This document shows, piece by piece, positions 30,399 through 39,387 of a stretch of DNA of 56,332 bases. The position numbers were made by a program, and so were the translations under genes. The notes under the pieces are model-generated. The model searched no databases. It saw only the letters and a list, made by a program, of their open reading frames with translations, and was not told where the DNA came from. Every line of letters begins with the position of its first letter. Positions within the stretch are counted from its first letter, which is position 1. This DNA comes from an uncultured Lachnospiraceae bacterium (GTDB lineage Bacteria > Bacillota > Clostridia > Lachnospirales > Lachnospiraceae). The stretch spans positions 1 through 56,332 of the forward strand of contig CANQCD010000001.1 in NCBI GenBank assembly GCA_947589455.1, written 5' to 3'.

Positions 30399-30851
30399 AT
30401 GATTGAGGCAACTAGTTGTGGCGGTGTGGTGATTTTCCGAGGTAAGATTTTGCTCCTCTATAAAAATTTTCGAAATCGTTATGAAGGCTGGGTTTTGCCG
30501 AAAGGGACTGTTGAGGATGGAGAAGATTTTAAGGAGACAGCGTTGCGGGAAGTAAAAGAGGAGACAAGTGCTGATGCCAGTATAATAAAATATGTTGGAA
30601 AGAGTCAGTATACTTTCAATACACCGACAGACACCGTGGTAAAGGATGTACATTGGTATCTTATGATGGCTGGCAGCTATTACAGCAAGCCGCAGAGAGA
30701 GGAATATTTCCGGGATTCTGGTTTTTATAAATACCATGAGGCTTATCATCTGTTGAAATTTGCAAATGAAAAACAGATATTAGAGAGGGCGTATGGAGAA
30801 TATATTGACCTGAAAAGAAATAATTTGTGGGGGACATCCAAATACTATTAG
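30399..30851 (+). CDS. NUDIX hydrolase
   Basis: WVLPKGTVEDGEDFKETALREVKEET Nudix box. Confidence 0.92.
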   Translation: MIEATSCGGVVIFRGKILLLYKNFRNRYEGWVLPKGTVEDGEDFKETALREVKEETSADASIIKYVGKSQYTFNTPTDTVVKDVHWYLMMAGSYYSKPQREEYFRDSGFYKYHEAYHLLKFANEKQILERAYGEYIDLKRNNLWGTSKYY

Positions 30852-30987
30852 AAGCCGGGAGATTAAAAGGATCTGGTTCCTGAATTTCCTCAAACCATAT
30901 CAAGGGAGTGCAGACGGTTCCGGCGGGTTAGAAATGGACGGTGGGTGGGAGGTAATGATAAAACATTAGCTAAATGGTGTATTGTTC

Positions 30988-31016
30988 TTGACAAAATAAA
31001 AGTTAAGTAATATAAT
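30988..31016 (+). promoter_or_regulatory. Consensus SigA promoter of cheY
   Basis: TTGACA-17-TATAAT. Confidence 0.85.
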
Positions 31017-31145
31017 AACCTTAAATCTGTATTTGCTTTACAAATAGAGAAATATTATAGTTACTGGACATTTGTTTTATATAGTGCAGTACCCTGAGTA
31101 TTGTTGTTATGTGAGCAAATAATATTTTAGTAAGGGAGAAAAACT

Positions 31146-31508
31146 ATGGGAAATAATATTTTAATTGTTGATGATGCTGCATTTATGCGTATGATGGTTA
31201 AAGATATCTTGACTAAGGGTGGCTATAATGTAGTTGGTGAAGCAGAAAATGGTGTTGTTGCTGTTCAAAAATATAGCGAATTAAAACCAGATCTTATTAC
31301 ATTGGATATTACGATGCCGGAAATGGATGGAATCCAGGCATTAAAGAAGATTAAAGAAATAGACGCCGGCGCTAATGTTATTATGTGTTCTGCGATGGGG
31401 CAGCAGGCGATGGTTATTGAGGCAATCCAAAATGGCGCCAAGGACTTTATCGTAAAACCATTCCAGGCGGATCGTGTATTAGAAGCCGTCAAGAAAGTAA
31501 TTGGTTAG
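31146..31508 (+). CDS. cheY: Chemotaxis response regulator CheY
   Basis: ILIVDDAAFMRMM, LDITMPEMDG, MCSAMGQQAMVIEAIQ.GAKDFIVKPF. Confidence 0.95.
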   Translation: MGNNILIVDDAAFMRMMVKDILTKGGYNVVGEAENGVVAVQKYSELKPDLITLDITMPEMDGIQALKKIKEIDAGANVIMCSAMGQQAMVIEAIQNGAKDFIVKPFQADRVLEAVKKVIG

Positions 31509-31534
31509 TTTGTTATACATAAAAATAGAATGAG

Positions 31535-31564
31535 AAAGAGATTGCATCTTGTAATCTCTTTTTT
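31535..31564 (+). terminator. cheY terminator
   Basis: aaagagattgca-tct-tgtaatctcttt followed by T. Confidence 0.7.
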
Positions 31565-31708
31565 CGATTTTCAGACTGCCTGATTTGCCTGTAATGTTCT
31601 GTTTTTTATAATTGTCAGACAATAGATTTTGACAGGGGGAGTTGAAAGACGATGCTTTTTTGCAAATATTGCGCTTTTATTTCAAAAATATGACAAAAAC
31701 AATAATAA

Positions 31709-31797
31709 TGTGGATAATCTCTGTGTTATCCACATTATTATGTTAGTAAAAAGTGTTATTTTATTAGTTATTAACGGAGTTTTTAACATTATCCACA
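31709..31797. promoter_or_regulatory. DnaA-box cluster (three perfect TTATCCACA boxes)
   Basis: TGTGGATAA 31709-31717, TTATCCACA 31726-31734, TTATCCACA 31789-31797, plus degenerate boxes, in AT-rich intergenic DNA. Confidence 0.8.
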
Positions 31798-31960
31798 TTT
31801 TTAAAGAGGATATTTATGCAAATTTTCGGGCAAAAGCGGTGTTGGTTTCCCTTTTTATTTCTTTTAAAATAATCTGATAATTCTTGCTGGCAGAGAGAGG
31901 CGCAGGGGGGACAGGAGAGAAAATGGGGATTGGATTGTATCATCTATTCTGATAGTTTCC

Positions 31961-31989
31961 TTGCTTTTTGAGGGGTGCTGGTGTATAAT
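31961..31989 (+). promoter_or_regulatory. SigA promoter of hpf
   Basis: TTGCTT-17-TATAAT. Confidence 0.7.
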
Positions 31990-32070
31990 GGAATCAGTTC
32001 AAAAAGCCTTTAAGCAGGCTTTTGAAGGCTTATGGGGACTATACTAGAAAACAGCAAAGGAGTGGTAACT

Positions 32071-32598
32071 ATGCAGTATATTATTAGTGGCAAAAACATT
32101 GATGTTACTGAAGGGCTCAAATCGGCAATTCACGAAAAGATAGGAAAATTGGAGAGGTATTTTACGCCGGATACAGAAGTACATGTGACATTGAGTGTAG
32201 AGAAGGAAAGGCAGAAGATAGAGATAACGATTCCGATGAAAGGCAATATCGTGCGTGCGGAGCAGGTTAGTAACGACATGTATGTTTCTATTGACCTGGT
32301 AGAGGAGATTATTGAGCGTCAGCTCCGTAAATATAAAAACAAGCTGGTAGACCAGAAACAGACGGCGGCCAGTTTGAGCAGAGCTTTTGTTGAGGAAGAA
32401 ATAGAGGATGATGATGAGATTAAGATTATCCGTTCTAAGAGATTTGCCATGAAGCCTATGGATCCGGAAGAGGCATGTATCCAGATGGATCTGCTTGGAC
32501 ATAATTTCTATGTATTCCGCAATGCGACGACAGAAGAGGTCAATGTAGTATATAAGAGAAAAGGAAACACGTTCGGGCTGATCGAGCCGGAGTTTTAA
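32071..32598 (+). CDS. hpf: Long ribosome hibernation promoting factor (HPF/RaiA)
   Basis: ISGKNIDVTEGLK, DMYVSIDLV, RQLRKYK, KPMDPEEACIQMDLLGHNFYVF, VVYKRK. Confidence 0.95.
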   Translation: MQYIISGKNIDVTEGLKSAIHEKIGKLERYFTPDTEVHVTLSVEKERQKIEITIPMKGNIVRAEQVSNDMYVSIDLVEEIIERQLRKYKNKLVDQKQTAASLSRAFVEEEIEDDDEIKIIRSKRFAMKPMDPEEACIQMDLLGHNFYVFRNATTEEVNVVYKRKGNTFGLIEPEF

Positions 32599-32611
32599 CA
32601 CGATAAATGCC

Positions 32612-32706
32612 GGGGCAGATTTTGTATCTGGTGCCCTTGATTGATCAGGTACATTGCTACATTTCAAAGCCCTCCTTTAGGAGGGCTTGCAATTTCTTAT
32701 TCTATG
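32612..32706 (-). repeat. Dispersed repeat element copy
   Basis: gtgcccttg...ctacatttcaaagccctcctttaggagggcttgcaatttcttattctatg abuts the terminator A tract. Confidence 0.85.
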
Positions 32707-32742
32707 AAAAAGCTGCGCATCCCTTTGGGACGCGCAGCTTTT
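32707..32742. terminator. Bidirectional terminator between hpf and the PocR-MCP gene
   Basis: aaaaagctgcgcatccc-ttt-gggacgcgcagcttttt. Confidence 0.85.
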
Positions 32743-32873
32743 AGATTTTATATGGTTGTCATATACCGGTTTCATCTGAAATCCAAATCCCTGCAGCTTA
32801 ATCTCCATTTCTTTAAGCGGCTCATCGCTATCAAAGCGATTTGTTTCCGTTCAGAAATAAGATAACGGATTGA

Positions 32874-33659
32874 TTATTGACCGTTGTACAGGGAAGATAA
32901 CTTCTCGATGGAAGCAGTTACCTCCAGCACAGATTTTTCGATATCACCGTAAATCGTAGAAGACTGGGAAGATAAATCTCCCATGCTTTTTGCAACGACT
33001 GCAAATCCTACGCCGGCTTCTCCGCTCCTTGCAGCCTCGATGGAAGCATTCAGAGAAAGCATTTTCTGCTTGCTTGCGATAGACTTTAAGGAATGGGTGT
33101 TGGTATTGATCGTATCAATGATTTCTGTTGCATGTTGGATTTCGCTGCTCAAATCGGCGAGCTTGCCGGAGTTGGCATTGTGCGCATATTCTGATGCAAC
33201 TAAAGTATTGACAGTTACTGCTAACAAGTCGGCAGAAGCGCGGATTTTTGCCTCATCGCTGATCGTCACTTTCCTCAATGCACGTATGTATGCATCCGGG
33301 TCAATCCCAAGTTCTTCCGCTGTAGCGCGAAATTCATCTTCATTTGGCTCCTTCGGAAGAATCTGTCCGCCGATAATAGCGCCGATTTTCTTGCCGTCCA
33401 GCATAATATCGCAGGAGAAATCCATTAACCCCGCATGGCAGAAATAAACCCCGCTGCATTCGTTGTCGCATTTTACGCAACGGCGCTGTCCCTCAGCGGA
33501 ACCGCGGGTATATTTCATACAAAAATCGGTGAAATTGCTGCCTTCTGTGATATATTCCCCATTCATGTCTACTGCAATCGCTGCAAGTCCGGTTGCGTTA
33601 GAAAACTTGTCCTGAATTTCCTGCAGTTTACTCAAGTCCATAAAATCTCTAATATCCAT
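32874..33659 (-). CDS. Soluble chemoreceptor-like protein: PocR ligand-binding domain + short MCP signalling domain
   Basis: LQEIQDKFS.ATG, SNFTDFC, C..CD, CHAGLMDF, IIGGQ (PocR); MLSLNASIEAARSGEAGVGFAVVA (MCP hairpin tip); no TM helix. Confidence 0.88.
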   Translation of the reverse strand: MDIRDFMDLSKLQEIQDKFSNATGLAAIAVDMNGEYITEGSNFTDFCMKYTRGSAEGQRRCVKCDNECSGVYFCHAGLMDFSCDIMLDGKKIGAIIGGQILPKEPNEDEFRATAEELGIDPDAYIRALRKVTISDEAKIRASADLLAVTVNTLVASEYAHNANSGKLADLSSEIQHATEIIDTINTNTHSLKSIASKQKMLSLNASIEAARSGEAGVGFAVVAKSMGDLSSQSSTIYGDIEKSVLEVTASIEKLSSLYNGQ

Positions 33660-33701
33660 GGTTACCTCCTCTAATCACGTAACATATAAATTATATTACC
33701 T

Positions 33702-33730
33702 ATTATACAATATCATATATAAAAAATCAA
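33702..33730 (-). promoter_or_regulatory. SigA promoter of the PocR-MCP gene
   Basis: TTGATT-17-TATAAT on the minus strand. Confidence 0.7.
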
Positions 33731-33751
33731 TTCTTTCATCATGAAGCAGCA

Positions 33752-34465
33752 TTAAAATAATCCTGTCACCAAAACGGCGGCGATACCGCCGATGGAAGAG
33801 CCGACCAGATTTACGATCAGCTGGTAAGGCCAATCCACTTTTTCTCCGTTTTTATTCGGGAATGGAATGATGGCAAACCAGATGCTGCTGAAAACAGAAC
33901 GCATTGCATTCATGCTAAATCCAGTACTGTTTAATGTCAAAGATAAGATCGCTACACTGGCAAAACCAATTACGCCGATCTGAAGAGGCGTCGTATCACC
34001 TGCAGTAGCTTTCAGACAGGTAAATACCAGGAACAGGAAAGCAAAGGTGGCCAATATTTCCTGTACGAAGTTTAACACCATATTTTTCTCTACCGGATAA
34101 GCGGAGAAAATACCGCGCTTCGGTGCTTCCGGAGACGCCTTGAAGGAATCGTAGAAAAAGACAAGGCAAATCAGCTCGGCAACGCCGGCAGCTAAAAATT
34201 CCATCAGCAGGTAGATCAGGGAATCCTTGATTGAAAGGGAGCCGTTGATGATATTTCCAAAGACGACTCCGGGATTGAGATAACCGGGACCTCCCATTAT
34301 AACCGCCACTGCAAGGCCAAGGCCGACAGCCAGGCTCCATGCAAAGACCAGTTCAATGTAATTGAGTGTCGATACAAGGGTTTTTTTCAGGGAAACATTG
34401 CACATATAGGCGTATCCCCCGAGCAGGAAGACAAGGCTGCCTGCAAATTCAGATACATAATTCAT
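33752..34465 (-). CDS. MIP-family (GlpF/PduF-like) channel with divergent signature motifs
   Basis: Six hydrophobic helices, SEFAGS, NVSLKKT, YLNPG, RGIFS, QEILATF, TGFSMNAMRS, DWPY. Confidence 0.8.
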   Translation of the reverse strand: MNYVSEFAGSLVFLLGGYAYMCNVSLKKTLVSTLNYIELVFAWSLAVGLGLAVAVIMGGPGYLNPGVVFGNIINGSLSIKDSLIYLLMEFLAAGVAELICLVFFYDSFKASPEAPKRGIFSAYPVEKNMVLNFVQEILATFAFLFLVFTCLKATAGDTTPLQIGVIGFASVAILSLTLNSTGFSMNAMRSVFSSIWFAIIPFPNKNGEKVDWPYQLIVNLVGSSIGGIAAVLVTGLF

Positions 34466-34853
34466 TGTATGTTCTCCTTTTCATAATATTTTGTCACCAT
34501 ATGATATTGGATAAAAGGTTAGAAAATTCCTGAAGAGGATGGTACTTGTTTTTCCCAAGAATATTCAGGAATATCATATACTGATAGTGTACTAAAAATG
34601 TTTGCTTCTGTCAATTTCTGTCTCTTGTAAAATGGATATCCTTGTGATATACTCGAGACATTATGGACTGTCTGCAAACGTGGGCTGCTATTTGCGAGAA
34701 AGATTTTTAAGTCTTTTGGAGCGTTACAAATTCTTCCGATGGCAAGATGAGGAACGGCATATGTGCTTTTTGTAATTGCAGGGGCATCATGTACTGCCAT
34801 CTCCGCGATCAGTCGCAAAAGAGGATATGATTCGCTCAGAAATGGAAATTATT

Positions 34854-36146
34854 ATGATGAGAAAAACAGATGTAGTTATAGTAGGAACTGGTGCGGCAGG
34901 GCTTTTTTGTGCACTGCATTTTCCGAAGAATGTGCATGTTTTGATGATTACAAAAGAAGAGGCGGATAAAAGCGATTCTTTTCTGGCGCAGGGAGGGATT
35001 TGTATGCTGCGCGGGCAGGACGATTATCCGGCTTATTTTGAGGATACCATGCGTGCGGGGCATTATGAGAATAACAGGGATTCTGTTGACGTGATGATTC
35101 GCTCTTCTGAAAGCATCATAAAAGAGCTGGTGGCCTATGGAGTAGGATTTGAGACAAAGGACGGAGAATTTGTCTTTACCAGGGAGGGCGGCCACAGCCA
35201 GCCGCGTATTTTATTCCATGAGGATTGTACGGGCAGGGAGATTACCAGCACGCTGTTAAAGCGCGCTGTGGAGCGGGAGAATATTACATTGTCAGAGCAT
35301 ACAACGATGCTTGACATTATCACGGACGGCGCAGAGTGCCGCGGTCTGGTAGTACAGGAGCCGGATGGGACGGTGAGCCTGATCCAGGCAAAGTATACGG
35401 TGTTCGCCTGCGGCGGGCTTGGCGGGCTGTACAGGCATTCGACGAATTTTCGGCATATTACGGGCGATGCCCTTGCGATTGCAAAACGGCATGACATTGC
35501 ATTAGAACATATCGATTATATCCAGATTCATCCGACAACCCTCTATTCAGAAAAATCCGGCAGGCGTTTCCTGATCTCGGAATCTGTGCGGGGCGAAGGG
35601 GCTATTTTGCTGAACAAGAACGGAGAACGTTTCTGCAATGAACTTCTGCCCAGAGACGTGGTGACTGCGGAGATCAGAAAACAGATGGCGCTTGACGGGC
35701 TGCCCTATGTCTGGCTGTCAATGGAGCATATTGCGACAGACGAGATAAAGAGCCATTTCCCTAATATTTTAAAACAGTGCCTTGAGGAGGGCTATGACCC
35801 GACAAAGGAATATATCCCGGTAGTCCCGGCGCAGCATTATTTTATGGGAGGGATAAAGGTAAATTTGTCCAGCAAGACATCTATGGACAGGCTGTATGCC
35901 GTGGGAGAGACGTCTTGCAACGGCGTGCATGGAAAAAACCGGCTGGCGAGCAATTCTCTTCTGGAATCGGTCGTTTTTGCAAAGCGGGCAGCGGATGAGA
36001 TCGCAGAGAGGCTGCCGGGGAGCCGTTTCAGTGAGGTAGACGGGCTGATTGACTGGGCTCTGTATGAAGATGTGGATGCTCTGATGGATGAATATAGAGA
36101 AATCGTACTGAATGAGATAGAAAAGGAGAAAAAGAGACATGAATGA
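34854..36146 (+). CDS. nadB: L-aspartate oxidase
   Basis: VVIVGTGAAG, SFLAQGGI, REGGHS, QIHPT, LISESVRGEGA, PAQHYFMGG, HGKNRLASNSLLE. Confidence 0.95.
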   Translation: MMRKTDVVIVGTGAAGLFCALHFPKNVHVLMITKEEADKSDSFLAQGGICMLRGQDDYPAYFEDTMRAGHYENNRDSVDVMIRSSESIIKELVAYGVGFETKDGEFVFTREGGHSQPRILFHEDCTGREITSTLLKRAVERENITLSEHTTMLDIITDGAECRGLVVQEPDGTVSLIQAKYTVFACGGLGGLYRHSTNFRHITGDALAIAKRHDIALEHIDYIQIHPTTLYSEKSGRRFLISESVRGEGAILLNKNGERFCNELLPRDVVTAEIRKQMALDGLPYVWLSMEHIATDEIKSHFPNILKQCLEEGYDPTKEYIPVVPAQHYFMGGIKVNLSSKTSMDRLYAVGETSCNGVHGKNRLASNSLLESVVFAKRAADEIAERLPGSRFSEVDGLIDWALYEDVDALMDEYREIVLNEIEKEKKRHE

Positions 36147-36957
36147 TCCGATTACAATGAAGACGAATGTGGACAGGCTGATCCTGCAGGCGCTCCAGGA
36201 GGATATCACAAGCGAGGATATCTCGACAAATGCCGTGATGCCAGAGTATCAGAAAGGGCAGGTAGAGCTGATCTGCAAGCAGGATGGCATTGTTGCCGGG
36301 CTTCCGGTGTTTCAAAGGGTTTTTGAACTTTTAGATGAGACGGTGACGTTTGATATGCATAAAAAGGATGGGGATTTTGTAAAAAGCGGAGAGCAGATGG
36401 CAGTGGTAACGGGGGATATCCGCGCGCTGTTGTCAGGCGAGCGCACGGCGCTGAATTACCTTCAGCGGATGAGCGGGATCGCCACGTATACAAACAGTAT
36501 TGTCAGGCTGCTCGAAGGCGGGAAGACTACGCTTTTAGACACCAGAAAGACAACGCCGAATATGCGCGTGTTCGAGAAATATGCGGTGAAGGTGGGGGGC
36601 GGTTCAAACCACCGGTTTAACCTGTCTGACGGCGTTATGCTAAAGGACAACCATATCGGCGCTGCCGGAAGTATTACGAAGGCAGTGCAGATGGCAAGAT
36701 CATATGCCTCTTTTGTGCATAAGATTGAAGTAGAAGTAGAAAATATGGACATGGTGAAGGAGGCAGTCGAGGCCGGCGCCGATATCATCATGCTTGATAA
36801 TATGACGCCGGAACAGATGAAGGAGTGCTCCGGCAATGTGACAAGGGAAAATATCCGGACAATCTTAGACGTCGGGGTAGATTTTGTCTCCAGCGGCGCG
36901 TTGACGCATTCTGCGCCAATCATGGATATTTCGCTGAAAAATCTGCATACAGTATAG
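36139..36957 (+). CDS. nadC: Quinolinate phosphoribosyltransferase (possibly with an internal deletion)
   Basis: ERTALNYLQRMSGIAT, LDTRKTTP, HRFNLSD, KDNH, IEVEV, IIMLDN, SSGALTHS. Confidence 0.93.
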   Translation: MNDPITMKTNVDRLILQALQEDITSEDISTNAVMPEYQKGQVELICKQDGIVAGLPVFQRVFELLDETVTFDMHKKDGDFVKSGEQMAVVTGDIRALLSGERTALNYLQRMSGIATYTNSIVRLLEGGKTTLLDTRKTTPNMRVFEKYAVKVGGGSNHRFNLSDGVMLKDNHIGAAGSITKAVQMARSYASFVHKIEVEVENMDMVKEAVEAGADIIMLDNMTPEQMKECSGNVTRENIRTILDVGVDFVSSGALTHSAPIMDISLKNLHTV

Positions 36958-36982
36958 ATAACAGAACGGAGGCGGGATCGTT

Positions 36983-37978
36983 ATGAAACGGAAAAATTCT
37001 GGGATGCTGTTTGTTCTTCTCCTGTTTGTTTTTGGAATCCTCTTTTGGGGGAACGCGTCTTCTGCCCAGGCTTCTCCGGTATCTGCAAACGGAAGGCTGC
37101 AGATAAAGGGAAGGCAGATTGTCAACGAGAAGGGGAAGGCTTTTGTGATAAAAGGGGTCTCTACCCACGGTCTGGCGTGGTATCCCCAGTATGTAAATAA
37201 AAGATCGTTTGCCTCGCTGAAGAAGATGGGGGCGAATACTGTGCGGCTTGCAGTTTATACAGAGGAATATCATGGATATTGCAACAGCGGACGAGAGAAT
37301 CAGAACGCGTTGAGAAAACTGGTTGATAAGGGGGTCAAAAGCGCTTCGGAGCTTGGCCTGTATGTGATGATCGACTGGCATATTTTAAGTGATGGAAATC
37401 CGCTGACACATAAAAAGGAGGCAAAAGTTTTTTTGCGGTCTATGGCAAAGAAATATCGCAGTTACAAAAACGTCATGTTTGAAATCTGCAACGAGCCAAA
37501 TGGAAGCGGGGGCACATGGGAAAATATCAGGGAATATGCCGGCTCTGTGATCCGGGCGATCCGAAGCGTCAATAAAAAGGCGCTGATCGTTGTCGGGACG
37601 CCGACGTGGAGCCAGGATGTGGACGTGGCAGCCAGGCAGCCGCTGCGCGGTAAAAATATTGCGTATGCGTTTCATTTTTATGCCGGCACCCATAAACAGG
37701 ATCTGAGAAACAAGCTGGAAGGGGCGGTCAAAGCGGGACTTCCAGTGCTGGTGACAGAATTTGGGCTCAGCGAGGCATCCGGAAGCGGAAACGTTGATAG
37801 AAAAGAGGGAAACCGCTGGTTAAAATTGCTTGACAAATATAAAATCGGACGCATCTGCTGGAATCTGTCAAATAAAAAGGAAAGCAGCGCACTGTTAAAA
37901 CCGTCCTGTGATAAAACCGGTGGGTGGAAAAAACAAGATTTGACAAAACAGGGAAAATGGCTGTGGAAAGCCTACTGA
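36983..37978 (+). CDS. Secreted GH5 (subfamily 2-like) endoglucanase, strongly basic
   Basis: Signal peptide; GVSTHG, IDWH, EICNEP (acid/base), FHFYA, VTEFG (nucleophile), WNLSNK. Confidence 0.92.
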   Translation: MKRKNSGMLFVLLLFVFGILFWGNASSAQASPVSANGRLQIKGRQIVNEKGKAFVIKGVSTHGLAWYPQYVNKRSFASLKKMGANTVRLAVYTEEYHGYCNSGRENQNALRKLVDKGVKSASELGLYVMIDWHILSDGNPLTHKKEAKVFLRSMAKKYRSYKNVMFEICNEPNGSGGTWENIREYAGSVIRAIRSVNKKALIVVGTPTWSQDVDVAARQPLRGKNIAYAFHFYAGTHKQDLRNKLEGAVKAGLPVLVTEFGLSEASGSGNVDRKEGNRWLKLLDKYKIGRICWNLSNKKESSALLKPSCDKTGGWKKQDLTKQGKWLWKAY

Positions 37979-38080
37979 TCGGCCGTCTTTCTGTCTGGGC
38001 TGATCGGCTGCCTTTTTGTCTGGACTGATCGGCTGCTTTTTTGCCTGGGCTGGGTTATCTGCTTTTCCGTCCAGACTGGA
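37975..38080. repeat. ~25-bp tandem repeat (about 4 copies) between the convergent GH5 and GT2 genes
   Basis: ctgatcggc.g.cttt.tgtctgg repeated; the last copy includes the GT2 3' end. Confidence 0.75.
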
Positions 38081-39004
38081 TCAGCATATCGTCTGCAAGC
38101 CGGGCACATTGCTCCTGATCCGGGATATGATGCCAGTCGGGAAACAATTCCTGGATGTTTTTTCGGATAATGGCGAATACTTCATCTGGCATTGCGCCAA
38201 ACATCTTTTGGTAGCTTGCCATAAAAGAGAGGTAGCGCAGCGGAAAGTAGCTTTTTTCATACCATCTCTCAGCGCTTCGATCAACATCATTTGAATTTCA
38301 AGCAGTGCGGTAAATTCGGTTGGGCTGATGTTTGAAAAATGGGAGATGGAATCCGGAGTGGCAATATGGTGGTAAAAGATTCTGTTTGTGATACAGGCCT
38401 TTTGGCAGTAATGCTTCACCAATCCGGTAAAATAAAAGTCTTCATAAATCCTGTTTTCCGGAAAAGTAATCTGATTGTCCATTAACAAATCCCGGCGGTA
38501 TAGCTTATTCCAGACTGCTGTGTTGATATTTGTCTGTAAAAATTCCAGGCGTTTTTGCTCTGTTTCAAACGTCATAAGCTTTCTTTCATCGGAGTTGTTC
38601 TGAGGATTTTTGAGGGGGTGAAATGCTTCTTCTCGAACGGAACGGCAGACGACCAGGTCGCATTGCTCTTCTTCGGCTGTCTGATAGAGAAAGCGGTACA
38701 TATCCGGTTCTATGACGTCATCATCGTCTACAAAGGCCAGGTATTTTCCAGTGGCATACTGCATACCGATATTTCTGGCTTTTCCAAGTTTTCCGTTCTC
38801 TTCATATGTTATAACGATCATGGAATCGTTGTATTTTTGCTCGTATTCCGCCATTTTTTCCAGTGAGTGGTCAGTGGATGCATCATTGATCATGATGATC
38901 TCCAGGTTTTCTACACCGATAGTCTGGGAAAGAAGACCTTCCATGCAGCGGTCAATCGTAGATTCCACATTGTAGCAGGGGATAATAATGCTTACCTTTT
39001 TCAT
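38055..39004 (-). pseudogene. GT2 family glycosyltransferase with an apparent frameshift near 38268
   Basis: VSIIIPCYN, INDASTD, GKARNIG, AFVDDDD, VWNKLYR, YED; after EALR a more natural C-terminus (WYEKSYFPLRYL...IQELFPDW...GRKSR*) continues in another frame. Confidence 0.7.
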
Positions 39005-39190
39005 GTCGTCTCCTTTGGAAAATGATATTCTGTGGTTTTATAAAATTTTGCCCGCTCTCGCCTGTTCGGAGAGAGCGGGCTTGTGTATTGTTCCGGTTTC
39101 GGTCAAACACGAAAGAAATTTTGCGCCGAGGGTTTCGCTCTGGTTTCCCGGCGTTCCCTATGACTGGACACAAACCTGATCGGATTTTGG

Positions 39191-39387
39191 CCGGACGCAG
39201 AGTGTATCGTTTTGCCAGTGTTTTATACTGGTCTTTCAGCATGGTATGCTATGCACCGTGTGTCCGGACGCAGAGCGTATCGTTTTGCCAGTGTTTTATA
39301 CTGGTCTTTCAGCATGGTATACTGTGCTCCACATGTCTGAACAAAGAGCGTTATAGTTCTGCCAGCGTTTTATACTGGTCTTTCAGC
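39191..39387. repeat. 73-bp tandem repeat (~2.7 copies) derived from the xylB 3' end
   Basis: gccag.gttttatactggtctttcagc occurs in units starting at ~39191, 39264 and 39337. Confidence 0.9.

Noticed and set aside
31700-31900. Chromosomal oriC
   Set aside because: No dnaA, dnaN, gyrB, rpmH or gidA nearby; only three perfect boxes; kept as a DnaA-box cluster
39191-39387. DGR template/variable repeat pair or att sites at the xylB (and cheD) 3' ends
   Set aside because: Differences are not adenine-specific, and there is no reverse transcriptase, integrase or inserted cargo between the copies
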